The notes: generated from the letters alone by a model not told the origin. Positions 27,589 to 36,953 are shown, counted from the first letter of the stretch. The stretch: 64,000 bases of DNA from an uncultured virus (IMG/VR IMGVR_UViG_3300045131_000274) (IMGVR_UViG_3300045131_000274); one strand, 5' to 3'. Translations and numbers: made by a program.

Positions 27589-27656
27589 ACATGCAAGTTG
27601 GGGTGTTCTGTCTGCATGTCGTCAGCCGGGACTGTCAGAACACCGGATAATCCCGG
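27589..27656 (-). ncRNA. Candidate cis-regulatory double-pseudoknot leader
   Basis: Three perfect crossing stems of 6, 9 and 7 bp that end at the AAGGA RBS. Confidence 0.55.
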
Positions 27657-27675
27657 ATTAAAGACAATATACAAC

Positions 27676-27704
27676 AAAAGAAAAGGGGGCACAAGGCCCC
27701 CCTT
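27676..27704 (-). terminator. Rho-independent terminator after the major capsid gene
   Basis: Minus strand AAGGGGGC-CTTGT-GCCCCCTT followed by TTCTTTT. Confidence 0.85.
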
Positions 27705-27724
27705 CAAATATTTCCTAAGAAATA

Positions 27725-28639
27725 TTAAGCTCCGGGTGAACCGAAGATACCCAATGGGTCTGACACGCCGAAGCTGTAACGCTCACGGGCTTTGTAACGG
27801 ACGTTACCTGTGTCAAAGTCACCGTCCATGCCGGTAGACATGGGGGTACGAACAAAGTGCTTCAAACCGTTGGGCACATCTGTGCACAAGAACCAAGCGT
27901 TGGTGTCTGTCAAGTAGTGGTTGACAGCGTAACCTTCGGGAATGGAACCATTGTTCTTCAATGCGTTGATGTCATTGTCAGCTGTAGAAACACGGAGTTC
28001 GGTTTCCAACAAACGTGTAGCAACGAACATCAAAGAAGGAGGAACAACCAGCTTGCGGGGCTTAGCTGCGATCAACAGGCCACGCTCATCTGTCCAAGCG
28101 GCGATTTGAATAACAGCGTTTTCCAACGATGTTTCATTCAAGTCAGCAGCGGTAGATGGTGTATTGCTGTTAACGCCACCAGAAACCAAGGGGTGTGATG
28201 TCGAGAACAAAACTTGACCGTCACCATAAGTGGGGTTGCCGGAACCAGTAAAACCTTGGTTCAGAACCGCCGCAGCCTTGACCTGCTTGGTATAAGCCAT
28301 ACCACGGGCCAAAGCCTTGGTATAACGCGAAGACAAAGAGTCATACAAGTTATCTTCCACGGCTTCTTCGGTGATGGAGAAACCCATCGCGATTGTTTCG
28401 TGTGTATAACGTGCAGTCCATGCTTCCTGTGCATTGTCATAAGCGATGGCTGAGCCCTCGTTCTTGACAGGTGCGGCAGCAAAGCCAGACAGTTTTGTCT
28501 CTTCTTCAAAGCTACGCTCAGATGTCTCTGTTTCGTAGATCTCTTTGTGCTCTTCGCCGTATTTAGCGTATTCCAAACCAAACAAAGCGTTCAGACCTGG
28601 GAGCAACTCTTTAAGTAGTTGTGCGCGTGAAATTGCCAT
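27725..28639 (-). CDS. Major capsid protein (HK97 fold, Mu gpT-like)
   Basis: MAISRAQLLKELLPGLNALFGLEY...KARERYSFG.SDP.G..GSPGA. Strong RBS and a downstream terminator. Confidence 0.9.
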   Translation of the reverse strand: MAISRAQLLKELLPGLNALFGLEYAKYGEEHKEIYETETSERSFEEETKLSGFAAAPVKNEGSAIAYDNAQEAWTARYTHETIAMGFSITEEAVEDNLYDSLSSRYTKALARGMAYTKQVKAAAVLNQGFTGSGNPTYGDGQVLFSTSHPLVSGGVNSNTPSTAADLNETSLENAVIQIAAWTDERGLLIAAKPRKLVVPPSLMFVATRLLETELRVSTADNDINALKNNGSIPEGYAVNHYLTDTNAWFLCTDVPNGLKHFVRTPMSTGMDGDFDTGNVRYKARERYSFGVSDPLGIFGSPGA

Positions 28640-28652
28640 GGTAATTTACTCC

Positions 28653-29255
28653 TTACAGGCCAACGTTGTTTAAGAACGAATGGGCACTGGGGTTGAATTT
28701 AACCAACACATCAGTAAACGCATCGCCAGGAGTGGACGCAAAGCCCACAATACGGAACGCCGCAGCAGTTTGAACCACAGTAGACTCCAAAGCGGTTGTC
28801 GAGTTGCCAGTCTGGGTTGAACCAGTGCTAGTGCTCTGTACAGCGGCAAAGAAGGTGTTGCTGCCCAAAGCGGATTGAGCGGCAGAACCGTCAAGCTGAG
28901 CTTGGAAAGTAACAAATGGGTCAGTGATCACGTATGCAGTCACCACGCCGGTTGTGCCGGAAGGATAGTACTGACCGTAGATCTGTTGGCCTTGTGCGTT
29001 GATGTAAGAACAGCCGACGAAAACGCCGATTGCACCTACGTTAGCACCACCAAGGTTATTGGTAGTGATGTCTGCGCCGGTAGCGGTAGACAGAGCGATA
29101 TAACCGTCAGCGCCGATGATAACAACTTGTCCATAAAACAAGTTAGTACCTTCGCCAGCGGGGTCAATCAAGAACTGACTCGTAGCGCCAGCATAAGGCA
29201 TGCCGTCGATACGATTGATGGGTCGTAGCCCATAGGGTGCAGCAGTAGTTGCCAT
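28653..29255 (-). CDS. Capsid cement/decoration protein
   Basis: APYGLRP...GVFVGCSY...DP..F.AQ, immediately upstream of the MCP. Confidence 0.65.
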   Translation of the reverse strand: MATTAAPYGLRPINRIDGMPYAGATSQFLIDPAGEGTNLFYGQVVIIGADGYIALSTATGADITTNNLGGANVGAIGVFVGCSYINAQGQQIYGQYYPSGTTGVVTAYVITDPFVTFQAQLDGSAAQSALGSNTFFAAVQSTSTGSTQTGNSTTALESTVVQTAAAFRIVGFASTPGDAFTDVLVKFNPSAHSFLNNVGL

Positions 29256-29271
29256 TTAAAACTCCAAAAAG

Positions 29272-29730
29272 TTAAATACCTTTTCCGAAAGTGACCGTGG
29301 ACTTACGTTCTTTGAACATAGGCATCCGCGGATCATTCTCGCGCATGTATGTGTTGTCAACTGATTGCATCTGAGCATCCGCTTGTTGGCGATAGTACTC
29401 ATTACGCTGTTCAGTAAACTCCACAGGTGTTTTGCAAAGCAGTAGACCACCTACTTCAATACTGTCTGGAAACTTTGCCGCAGCAGAATTAAACAGACGA
29501 ATCTCGGGATGATCAGACGCTTTAACGGGCTCCCAGCCCTCAGCAAGCTTCGAGGAATAGTTTGTGGCGTCATCTTTTCCTTGCGACGCAATTCGAATCC
29601 AACGAAACGCATAACCCTCTTCCGGATGTGGATCGGGTAGAAGTTTGGGGGGCATCCATTGTTTTGGACGCTCCGCCTTTTCGCGGGTTTCAAGTTCGCG
29701 TGGTGCGCGGTTAGTTTTTTCCATTTTCAT
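29272..29730 (-). CDS. Conserved head-module protein
   Basis: W.PP..LP.P...FRWIR...EGWEPV...GGLLLCK. Confidence 0.7.
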   Translation of the reverse strand: MKMEKTNRAPRELETREKAERPKQWMPPKLLPDPHPEEGYAFRWIRIASQGKDDATNYSSKLAEGWEPVKASDHPEIRLFNSAAAKFPDSIEVGGLLLCKTPVEFTEQRNEYYRQQADAQMQSVDNTYMRENDPRMPMFKERKSTVTFGKGI

Positions 29731-30671
29731 TTCCTCATTTCTTCAGCAACCTTACGAGCGTACAGTTCCAACGGAACTCCCAATCGCTTGGCGATATTCA
29801 CCTGTGTTTGCGTCAGCACGATTTTGCGCGGTGCTGTACTACGCGTTGCAGGTGCAACGATGTTGGATTTAGCGCGTTGAGGTTTCGCATCAACGGACTC
29901 TTCGGCTCCAAACTGATCCGAGAATCTTTCCCTGATGTCAGCGTCGATACGTCGGTAGTATTCTTCGCTGCCAGCCGGTATCCCTTCGCCTACCAAATCT
30001 TCATGCAACCCAAGGGCGTATGAAGTCATCCGTTTGTTAGGTCCAAACCACTGGTTCTTTTCAGTCCAAGCAAGCAGTTTGTCATCAAGCGGTGCAGGTT
30101 TAGTAGGCTGCGGTTGCATTTGTACAGGAGTTTCTGTTTCCTGTAAAGGGGTCGGCCTAAAATTATTTACCTTGTCTGCTTTCATCTTTGCCGTAGTTAA
30201 TGCTTCCTGAGCATTTACCAAAGCTTCAGAATCACCAGATTCGTATGCTAATTTATATTGGCGCTTAGCCGCCTCCACCTCATTGGCCACTACCTTTTTA
30301 GCCTGCTCAATCAAAGCCGTTTGATTTTGATTGACCGAGCCTTTGAGCTTTTTATTCTCTTCAGCCAGTGCCTGGGCAAAACGCAATGCCTCATCTTTTT
30401 CCCGCTCAGCAGTTTCTTTTGCGCGGCGCTCTTCGTGATAGCCTTTAGTGAAATGCTTAATACGCTTTTGAACCCCTTCGTCGTATCTGGTCAGTTCATC
30501 TTCGGCAAACTCTTTGGGCGGATCCGTCATAGGCGTACGGTTACGGTCTTCTTCCGGCGTATCGTCTATCACTTCTATTTCTGGATCCGGGTCCACCACT
30601 CTGCCGCCTTTGCGGGCGTTAACTTCCACCTCATCGGGAAATTCAAATTCTGTTTTTTCAATTTCTGCCAT
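29727..30671 (-). CDS. Capsid scaffolding protein
   Basis: Acidic N-terminus, coiled coil, W..KN.WFG and C-terminal LTQTQV.IAKRLGVPLELYA. Lies between portal and MCP. Confidence 0.75.
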   Translation of the reverse strand: MAEIEKTEFEFPDEVEVNARKGGRVVDPDPEIEVIDDTPEEDRNRTPMTDPPKEFAEDELTRYDEGVQKRIKHFTKGYHEERRAKETAEREKDEALRFAQALAEENKKLKGSVNQNQTALIEQAKKVVANEVEAAKRQYKLAYESGDSEALVNAQEALTTAKMKADKVNNFRPTPLQETETPVQMQPQPTKPAPLDDKLLAWTEKNQWFGPNKRMTSYALGLHEDLVGEGIPAGSEEYYRRIDADIRERFSDQFGAEESVDAKPQRAKSNIVAPATRSTAPRKIVLTQTQVNIAKRLGVPLELYARKVAEEMRK

Positions 30672-30681
30672 GATCTACTCC

Positions 30682-31086
30682 TTAGTTGGGGCGTTGGATA
30701 CCACGAGGGTCTTGCACAACCGCCTGGACGGAATCATCATTTATCAGGCGCCATTCGGTGCCATGAATCTTCATACGGGTTCCTGTGTTAGGACGTACTA
30801 ACACAAAGTCGCCAACTTTACAGCTTGGTCCAGATGGGAATCTGGCTTTATCTGCAAAAGCATCAGGGCCAATCTTTGCTACAAATAACACGGGGGATAA
30901 AAGCTCCTCGTGGTGCATTGCAGTTGCGGATTTTAAAATCCCCGTCTCACTAAACTCTTCTTCTGCCTTTGGCAACATACACAAAATATGGTATGTAGCC
31001 GGGTCTGGTACCTGCTTAGCTTTCTCTTCCACGGATGTATTGAGCAATCCGGAAAGATCTACAGCTTTCACATCAAATTCAGTCAT
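30682..31086 (-). CDS. GroES-like co-chaperonin
   Basis: P..YHIL...TGIL...V..IGPDA...CKVGDFVL...G.......E.RLINDDSV.AVV. Confidence 0.8.
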   Translation of the reverse strand: MTEFDVKAVDLSGLLNTSVEEKAKQVPDPATYHILCMLPKAEEEFSETGILKSATAMHHEELLSPVLFVAKIGPDAFADKARFPSGPSCKVGDFVLVRPNTGTRMKIHGTEWRLINDDSVQAVVQDPRGIQRPN

Positions 31087-31276
31087 CTTCATAATCCTTA
31101 GTTTTTCGCACGAGGTCAGCAAGTTCGTACTGCGCGGTTTGCAGACCCCGGATAGTCCCGCACAGCTCTTTATAGTGCTCATGGGATTTAGCTCCACCAG
31201 CACTAATTACATCGACTATCTGCTTGACATGTTCGTCAAGCTTGCCATCTAAGACTTCAAGCAGAGTAGCCATCAT
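31079..31276 (-). CDS. Small hypothetical protein
   Basis: 65 aa, coupled to the portal stop. Contains Y...CG.I.GL. Confidence 0.65.
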   Translation of the reverse strand: MMATLLEVLDGKLDEHVKQIVDVISAGGAKSHEHYKELCGTIRGLQTAQYELADLVRKTKDYEDD

Positions 31277-33768
31277 TCACCTTTCGCGCCCTGTTGGGCT
31301 TGCATCATTTTTTGCATCATTGCCAGCTGATGCTGCTCATCGCTTTGACCCATAGACTGCTGGGCCTGCGCCTGTTGCTGTTGCAACGATTGTTGCTGTC
31401 CAGCTACTTCTAATGCGTGTAGCTCTTGAGCCTGCATAATTTCTTGCTGTGTACGCATAGCCGCCATGTTGGGGTCTTCTCCCATCTTGGCCGCACCTTC
31501 GCGCGCTTTGAGCGCCAGCTCTTCTGCTTTAATTTGCAAGTCACCTTTAACTTTAAGCAACTTTGTTTCCGCATCTTGTTTGCGAATAGCCAGCTCTGCT
31601 TGCTGCATCTGAACAACAGGATCTTGCGCCATCTGCTGAGCTTGCTGCTGCTGAACCTGGCCTTTGTTCTGAGCCAGCAACTGGGTTGCCGCTTGAGCCA
31701 CCAGGCGGGATAGCATAAGTTCTGCTTCTTCTGGCAATTCTGAATCTGGCGCCGGCATAGGCACACCCAGCTGCTCTTCAATTTTCTTGCGGTAAGCAAA
31801 AGCCAGGTGCTCTGCGATGTGCGCCTGAATCTCGGCCATCATCTTCTGAGCTTGCGGGTTCTGGCCAATCTGCGCCATTAAAAGCGGGTCTTGCATCATG
31901 CTGGTATGTACAGCAATGTGTGCGTCGTGGTCCTGATAGATGAACGCTTTGGTTGGCTCGCCATTTAGGAAGGCCATGTTTTCGCTCACTGGGTCGCGCG
32001 GCTTCATATCGTCTTCCACCGGCACCAGCTTGTCAGCATTCTTAATGCCCAGCACCTCGATCATCTGTCTGTGCAAAACAGGCAGGTTATAAATCTGGGG
32101 TGCTTGTTGCGCCAGCTGAATCACAGCTTGATACTGCATGATCCGCTGAGCCATCGTCGAGCTATTAGGGTCAGACACGGGAATAACATCCACCATGTCG
32201 TAGTCTTCCTGCTTGGCTTTTCTATCGCCACTAGACGGGTCAAACTCATATTCACCCGGCGTGTTATCACGAATAATGACACGCAAAAGCTTGAATTCTT
32301 GCTTCATCGAGTAATGAACACGCGCCTGAACAGCTGACATGTTCTTTAATTGACGCTCTAACAGCGCTAATGTCGTGCCTACGGGCGCGTTAGATGACAT
32401 ATCAGACACATTCATGTCTGCAATCGAGCCCAACCGGCGGCCTTCTTGGGTGATTTTTTCTAGCAAAGCAGCCAATACTTGGCTCGGTTCCTTGTACGGC
32501 AACGTCATAATGTTGTCGCGTACAGTGCCAGAAGGCACATCTACATCCCTAAATTCGCCAGGATTAATGGGTGTATCGTCCCCTTTAATGCGTAAACCAC
32601 GGGATTTCAGGCCGCCAGGCAGGTTAGACAACGTACCAGCGTCTACTAATTGGCGCAAAATTGACGTTCCAGCCCGTGCATAACCACCAATCAGGTGAAT
32701 TAAACCCAAACCATACGCTCCAAAGCCGGGAACATAGGTGTATTGCACAAAATGCTGGCGCTTTAAACGTCTATCATCATCTTCTGACCAGTTTCTACGG
32801 ATAGAAAGCACCTCTGTCGTGCCGCGGTCAATCGTAATGACATAAGGTAGAGCAATTCCGTCCTCATCTTCGTACCCTGGTAGGTCATAATCAATATGAA
32901 CCTCCAAAATCTGGTACCTGTCGTCGTCAGTCAGGCTGTAACCTTGGTCCTCGGCCTTCTTTTTCTCCACATCCGTGTGAATAGTTACCGGCTCACCCAG
33001 ATCTATCTCACGATAGAAGCCAGAAACTTGTAATTTCTTAATATCATTCTTTGTTTTGCGCATAACGTGGGTTACACGCTCGGCATTTATCAAACTAGAC
33101 GCGCCATATGGAATGATGAGGTCTTCAGCCGGAATAAAAATAGCCACTTGACGCTGATACGACGGGTCAAAGTACACCTTTTTAAACGCCGCGCCAGCTA
33201 AACCCAATGAATAAAGCATTCTTTCATGTTCAGGTCGGTATTCAGGCATTGCTTCCGTCAGCTGGAAGTTCATATCTTCCCGTACACGCTCGGCCGCATC
33301 TTCTTTTAGCTTATCAATAGCACCAATGATTTCTGTTTTAACGGGCCCCTGAGCTGGAAACGTTTCCAAAATAGTTTCAGACTGGAACCTCACAGCCGCT
33401 TCGGTCAAAATCGTAGAATAAACCCCACAAGCACCCGACCACGGCTCAGTTCTTTCTTCGTATTTCATGCCCAGAACGTCTAGTCCCTTGACATACATAT
33501 CAACCCACTCTTTACGCGAGTTAATATCCGAATCCACCATCTCAATGATGTCGCCAGCAATACTAGCTAACTCACCCTTGTTAATCACATCGGCTAAATT
33601 TTCATCAAATCCGCCGTCTTCTACTTCCGGCATTAACTCAATTTCCATGCCATCCATGTCCAGGCGAACACCCTCTGGGTTTTCAATTTCAATTTCCATA
33701 ATGGGCTCAGAATCACCCATCAATGAATCTAAACCCAATGGGGCCTGGCTTAAAGATTGTTCAATCAT
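31273..33768 (-). CDS. Portal protein (P22-like, Gln-rich C-terminal barrel)
   Basis: 831 aa after terL, with G.AFKKVYFD, YGLGL, LRQLVDAGTL.NLP and a Q-rich tail. Confidence 0.9.
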   Translation of the reverse strand: MIEQSLSQAPLGLDSLMGDSEPIMEIEIENPEGVRLDMDGMEIELMPEVEDGGFDENLADVINKGELASIAGDIIEMVDSDINSRKEWVDMYVKGLDVLGMKYEERTEPWSGACGVYSTILTEAAVRFQSETILETFPAQGPVKTEIIGAIDKLKEDAAERVREDMNFQLTEAMPEYRPEHERMLYSLGLAGAAFKKVYFDPSYQRQVAIFIPAEDLIIPYGASSLINAERVTHVMRKTKNDIKKLQVSGFYREIDLGEPVTIHTDVEKKKAEDQGYSLTDDDRYQILEVHIDYDLPGYEDEDGIALPYVITIDRGTTEVLSIRRNWSEDDDRRLKRQHFVQYTYVPGFGAYGLGLIHLIGGYARAGTSILRQLVDAGTLSNLPGGLKSRGLRIKGDDTPINPGEFRDVDVPSGTVRDNIMTLPYKEPSQVLAALLEKITQEGRRLGSIADMNVSDMSSNAPVGTTLALLERQLKNMSAVQARVHYSMKQEFKLLRVIIRDNTPGEYEFDPSSGDRKAKQEDYDMVDVIPVSDPNSSTMAQRIMQYQAVIQLAQQAPQIYNLPVLHRQMIEVLGIKNADKLVPVEDDMKPRDPVSENMAFLNGEPTKAFIYQDHDAHIAVHTSMMQDPLLMAQIGQNPQAQKMMAEIQAHIAEHLAFAYRKKIEEQLGVPMPAPDSELPEEAELMLSRLVAQAATQLLAQNKGQVQQQQAQQMAQDPVVQMQQAELAIRKQDAETKLLKVKGDLQIKAEELALKAREGAAKMGEDPNMAAMRTQQEIMQAQELHALEVAGQQQSLQQQQAQAQQSMGQSDEQHQLAMMQKMMQAQQGAKGE

Positions 33769-33776
33769 GTTCTACC

Positions 33777-35273
33777 TTAATAGTAAACCGCTTTGCGGCG
33801 AAAGCTCTGCAGCTCTTCACGTTCATCAGAATCTAAACGTAAAAACCCACCCTGCCTGAATCTTATCAGCGCTTGGGTACTTGAGTCCACCAAGTCGTCA
33901 TGCTCGCCATTGGGGAAAGACGCCATCTGCTCTATCACCTCACTGGCCCACCTCGTCTCAGGCGCCCATACTTTGCCAGATCTAAACAAATCTGTCACTG
34001 AATTCAAACGCACAAACTTATCATTCCCCCGGCTAGGTGTGTATTCACTTACCAACAAACCCATAGATCTCAATTCAAACACCAAAGGAGCACCCGCCGC
34101 TTTGGCTTCAATGATACAAGCGTCCGGCTCCCACTCCCTGTAACTGGCCATCGCTTTTTCTTTTAATTCAGGAAATTCCATCCTCTTCTGAAACGCATCC
34201 AATAAAATCACATTCACATCATTCGGGTCGTCGTTCATATGAAACACACCCCACGTCGTACAGGCCGAATAGTCAGACCGCTCATTCTTCGTGAAAGCCG
34301 TGTCCCAGCTCTGAATGATAAATTCACACCGCGGCGGGTCCTCCGGGGTCCACATCTTCCACCACTCTCTTTTAACCAAAGCTCCCTCTTCACCAGTAGG
34401 AGCCTGCTGGTACTGAGCATTCCATTTAGACGGAGGCAGCTCTTCCCGCAAAGCTTCCAACTCTTTAGCAGACCAAAACTCAGGCCACAGCGGATTACCA
34501 CTGGGCATGATCGCGGGAAACTCCACCACCTCCCACTCACCCAAAGAATCCCTCATCTGGGCATCTTTTAAAACTCGTCCAGTTAAATCCCTATCCGCCC
34601 ACCTAGTCATCACAACAACAATAGCACCACCTGGCTGTAATCGCTGCCGGGGTCCAGACGTATACCATTCATACGTCTTATCAAAAACCCCAGGATCCCC
34701 AGCAGCTAAAGCCGCCTCCTGCTCACTATGCGGGTCGTCAATAATTAAAAGATCCGCACCTTTTCCGGTAACAGTACCTCCTACGCCAATAGCAAAGTAC
34801 TCCCCATTCTGATTCGTCGCCCACCTACCAGCACTTTTGCTATCTTGTCTCAAAGCAACGCCAGGAAACACCTTGGCATATTGCTCACTATCCACCAAGT
34901 TCCTAACCTTTCGGCCAAAGTTAACAGCCAAATCCGACGTGTTGGAAGTCTGAATAATCTTCTTGTTCGGGTACCGGCCCAAAAACCAACTCGGCAATAG
35001 GTAACTCGCAAACTCAGATTTAGTATGCCGCGGCGGCATATTGATAATCAACCTCTTCAATGTCCCATTCGCTATAGCTTCAAACTTCTTCGCCATCACC
35101 GCATGATGCCTACCATGCACAAACCCAGGCCACATCATCTTCACATAATTCATAAACCCACTTTGGGCCCGCTCCCGCTCCAAAGCCAACCGGTAATCCT
35201 CCACCGCGTTATAAAACACCTCCCTCTCCTCCTCAGGAAGCGCCGCCATCAAAACATCTAACTTATCACTCAT
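33777..35273 (-). CDS. terL: Terminase large subunit
   Basis: INMPPRHTKS (Walker A), LLIIDDP (Walker B), VMTRW, QSWDTA and HDDLVDS nuclease motifs. Confidence 0.95.
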   Translation of the reverse strand: MSDKLDVLMAALPEEEREVFYNAVEDYRLALERERAQSGFMNYVKMMWPGFVHGRHHAVMAKKFEAIANGTLKRLIINMPPRHTKSEFASYLLPSWFLGRYPNKKIIQTSNTSDLAVNFGRKVRNLVDSEQYAKVFPGVALRQDSKSAGRWATNQNGEYFAIGVGGTVTGKGADLLIIDDPHSEQEAALAAGDPGVFDKTYEWYTSGPRQRLQPGGAIVVVMTRWADRDLTGRVLKDAQMRDSLGEWEVVEFPAIMPSGNPLWPEFWSAKELEALREELPPSKWNAQYQQAPTGEEGALVKREWWKMWTPEDPPRCEFIIQSWDTAFTKNERSDYSACTTWGVFHMNDDPNDVNVILLDAFQKRMEFPELKEKAMASYREWEPDACIIEAKAAGAPLVFELRSMGLLVSEYTPSRGNDKFVRLNSVTDLFRSGKVWAPETRWASEVIEQMASFPNGEHDDLVDSSTQALIRFRQGGFLRLDSDEREELQSFRRKAVYY

Positions 35274-35629
35274 TCTAAATTCTTGAAATTAATGTACACC
35301 GGCCGAATTGATCTTCCACTTTTCCGCAATTTCTTCAACACTCCTTTGGCCACCAACCTATCCACAATCTCTAGTGTATTACCTAGACCACTCCTACCCC
35401 TCTGATACGCTATGTCCCTCACCGACGGACTGTACCCATACCTCTTCCACCACTCATCCACAATCAAAAACACTTCCCTTTGCGCCGGCGTCATATCAAC
35501 CTCCATACACTGCTCATACGAAAAATCCCGCCTCTTTAACATCATCTTAGGATTGCGAACAATCAGAGAACCAAAACGTTTCGGTTCTCGACGCGCTATT
35601 AGTTCTAAATTTGCGGAATTTTTTACCAT
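35270..35629 (-). CDS. LexA-type winged-HTH DNA-binding protein without a peptidase domain
   Basis: MTPAQREV...YGYSPSVRDIA...L..KGVL....GRSIR. Confidence 0.75.
   Translation of the reverse strand: MVKNSANLELIARREPKRFGSLIVRNPKMMLKRRDFSYEQCMEVDMTPAQREVFLIVDEWWKRYGYSPSVRDIAYQRGRSGLGNTLEIVDRLVAKGVLKKLRKSGRSIRPVYINFKNLE
35566..35590. repeat. 25-bp imperfect palindrome, copy 1
   Basis: gagaaccaaaacgtttcggttctcg, the exact reverse complement of 55327-55351. Confidence 0.9.
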
Positions 35630-35635
35630 AAAGTA

Positions 35636-36352
35636 TTAATTTTCAATAGGGGGTGGGTTCGCCATATCGAGGGGGTGGGGTACGGGTTCTGGTAAATTTT
35701 GGGATCGTTTGGGTGGAATAGTATGTTCATCAGCCAGAGACTCCGTTTGCTCAGTCGGGTTGGTGGGGGACGGGTGGGGTCGCACATCCGCCAATTCGTC
35801 GAGCAATGAGCTGGCCGCGGCGTCGATCACCTGCGCGTCGTCGGCCTGTGCATTCATAAGCCGGCGCAGCTCGGCCATTACCCGGGCCTTGGCATCGTCG
35901 CTGCTGCTGATGGTCCTAACCTCTTTGCGCTCCGTGTATAGGCCCACCTCTGAAATGGTGCCGGCCACCTTGGCCGCTTGGACCAGGACGGCCGGCGGCG
36001 TATCCTCATCGATGATCACGTTCACCAGGCTTTGGATTATGAGAGCACGCAAAGCGGCCGGTGTTCTATGTTTTTCTGACTCGATGGCCGCCTGGTAAGC
36101 TTTGATTTCCGCATGAATGTCGGGCCGCTTTTTGAGCCGGTGCGCCTGGTTGCCCTGGGTTTTGGGTGTTGCCTTGGTTTTGTACGCGGCCCGGTATGCT
36201 GCGGCGCCGGTGGAACCCTTCGCAATTTCCAGGGCAAAAGCTTTTTGTTTCCCGGTAAGTTCGCGCGCTGCAGTTCTACCCAGCAGCTGCTCGACCGGTA
36301 TTTGTTCCAGGCCTTCGCGGATTTGCTTGCGGGTTAGTTTTGTTACAGTCAT
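35636..36352 (-). CDS. Terminase small subunit (probable)
   Basis: LTGKQKAFA...G.....AYRAAY HTH, upstream of terL. Likely ATG at 36352. Confidence 0.7.
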   Translation of the reverse strand: MTVTKLTRKQIREGLEQIPVEQLLGRTAARELTGKQKAFALEIAKGSTGAAAYRAAYKTKATPKTQGNQAHRLKKRPDIHAEIKAYQAAIESEKHRTPAALRALIIQSLVNVIIDEDTPPAVLVQAAKVAGTISEVGLYTERKEVRTISSSDDAKARVMAELRRLMNAQADDAQVIDAAASSLLDELADVRPHPSPTNPTEQTESLADEHTIPPKRSQNLPEPVPHPLDMANPPPIEN

Positions 36353-36359
36353 GCGGCGC

Positions 36360-36389
36360 AATATACAGGAACAAAAGGCTTACTGTCAA
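36360..36389 (-). promoter_or_regulatory. Sigma70-type promoter of the late/terminase operon
   Basis: Minus strand TTGACA-18 nt-TATATT. Confidence 0.65.
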
Positions 36390-36544
36390 TAAACCCAGTA
36401 AAACGGGGTTTAAATGCAATCCTGGAGGGATTAGGCAACATGTGGCAGCGCTTAGGCTTCTATGTAAGCCCCTTATACAATTGCAGCCCCTGGGCCACTC
36501 GCTAGCGCTCGGAATACCCGCGGCAATCCCCGGCGCCATGCCTC

Positions 36545-36670
36545 CCAGGTCATCGCCGCTTGACCAGGGCGCCACCAGGACCGGCCACAAAACCACCGGA
36601 CCCAGGCAAAAAAGCTGCTACCAGGTAACACAGGTAAAAACCCTATTCACCACCAGGACCACCCACCAGG
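36545..36670 (+). repeat. Cluster of seven co-oriented CCAGG pentamers in the divergent intergenic region
   Basis: CCAGG at 36545, 36564, 36575, 36602, 36621, 36653 and 36666. Confidence 0.75.
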
Positions 36671-36821
36671 GCGCGCGCCGATACCCTACCCGGTAGACTA
36701 AAAAACCGCCTTTTTTACTGTCGCGCATGTGACTGACAAGGGGCTTGACAAGAAACTACATTAGTCCTCAATGCATCAGACAGGATGCAGACAACAAACC
36801 AACACGAAGGGAAACGCACAG

Positions 36822-36953
36822 ATGTACACAGCACAAATCGACGCCCACGGAAACGTCATTGTTTGCAAAGGGGATGAGCAGCGCCGCGGTTATCGCATCG
36901 CCTACACCGGCAGCTATAACGAATGCTTAAGCTGGAAAGTAACAAGAGCATGA
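36822..36953 (+). CDS. Early hypothetical protein (43 aa)
   Basis: MYTAQIDAHGNV..., with AAGGG RBS and ATGA overlap. Confidence 0.6.
   Translation: MYTAQIDAHGNVIVCKGDEQRRGYRIAYTGSYNECLSWKVTRA

Noticed and set aside
27589..27656. HDV-like or theta ribozyme
   Set aside because: Only 4 nt separate the P2 5' strand from the P1 3' strand, leaving no room for P3/L3, and there is no adjacent tRNA.
2552..35550. Numerous plus-strand ORFs opposite the structural genes
   Set aside because: They are antisense shadows of repetitive Thr/Gly/Ala-rich minus-strand genes, with no RBS or family motifs.
36745..36775. Rightward early promoter at TTGACA 36745
   Set aside because: The -35 is perfect but there is no convincing -10 at 16-18 nt spacing, so it is not listed as a feature.
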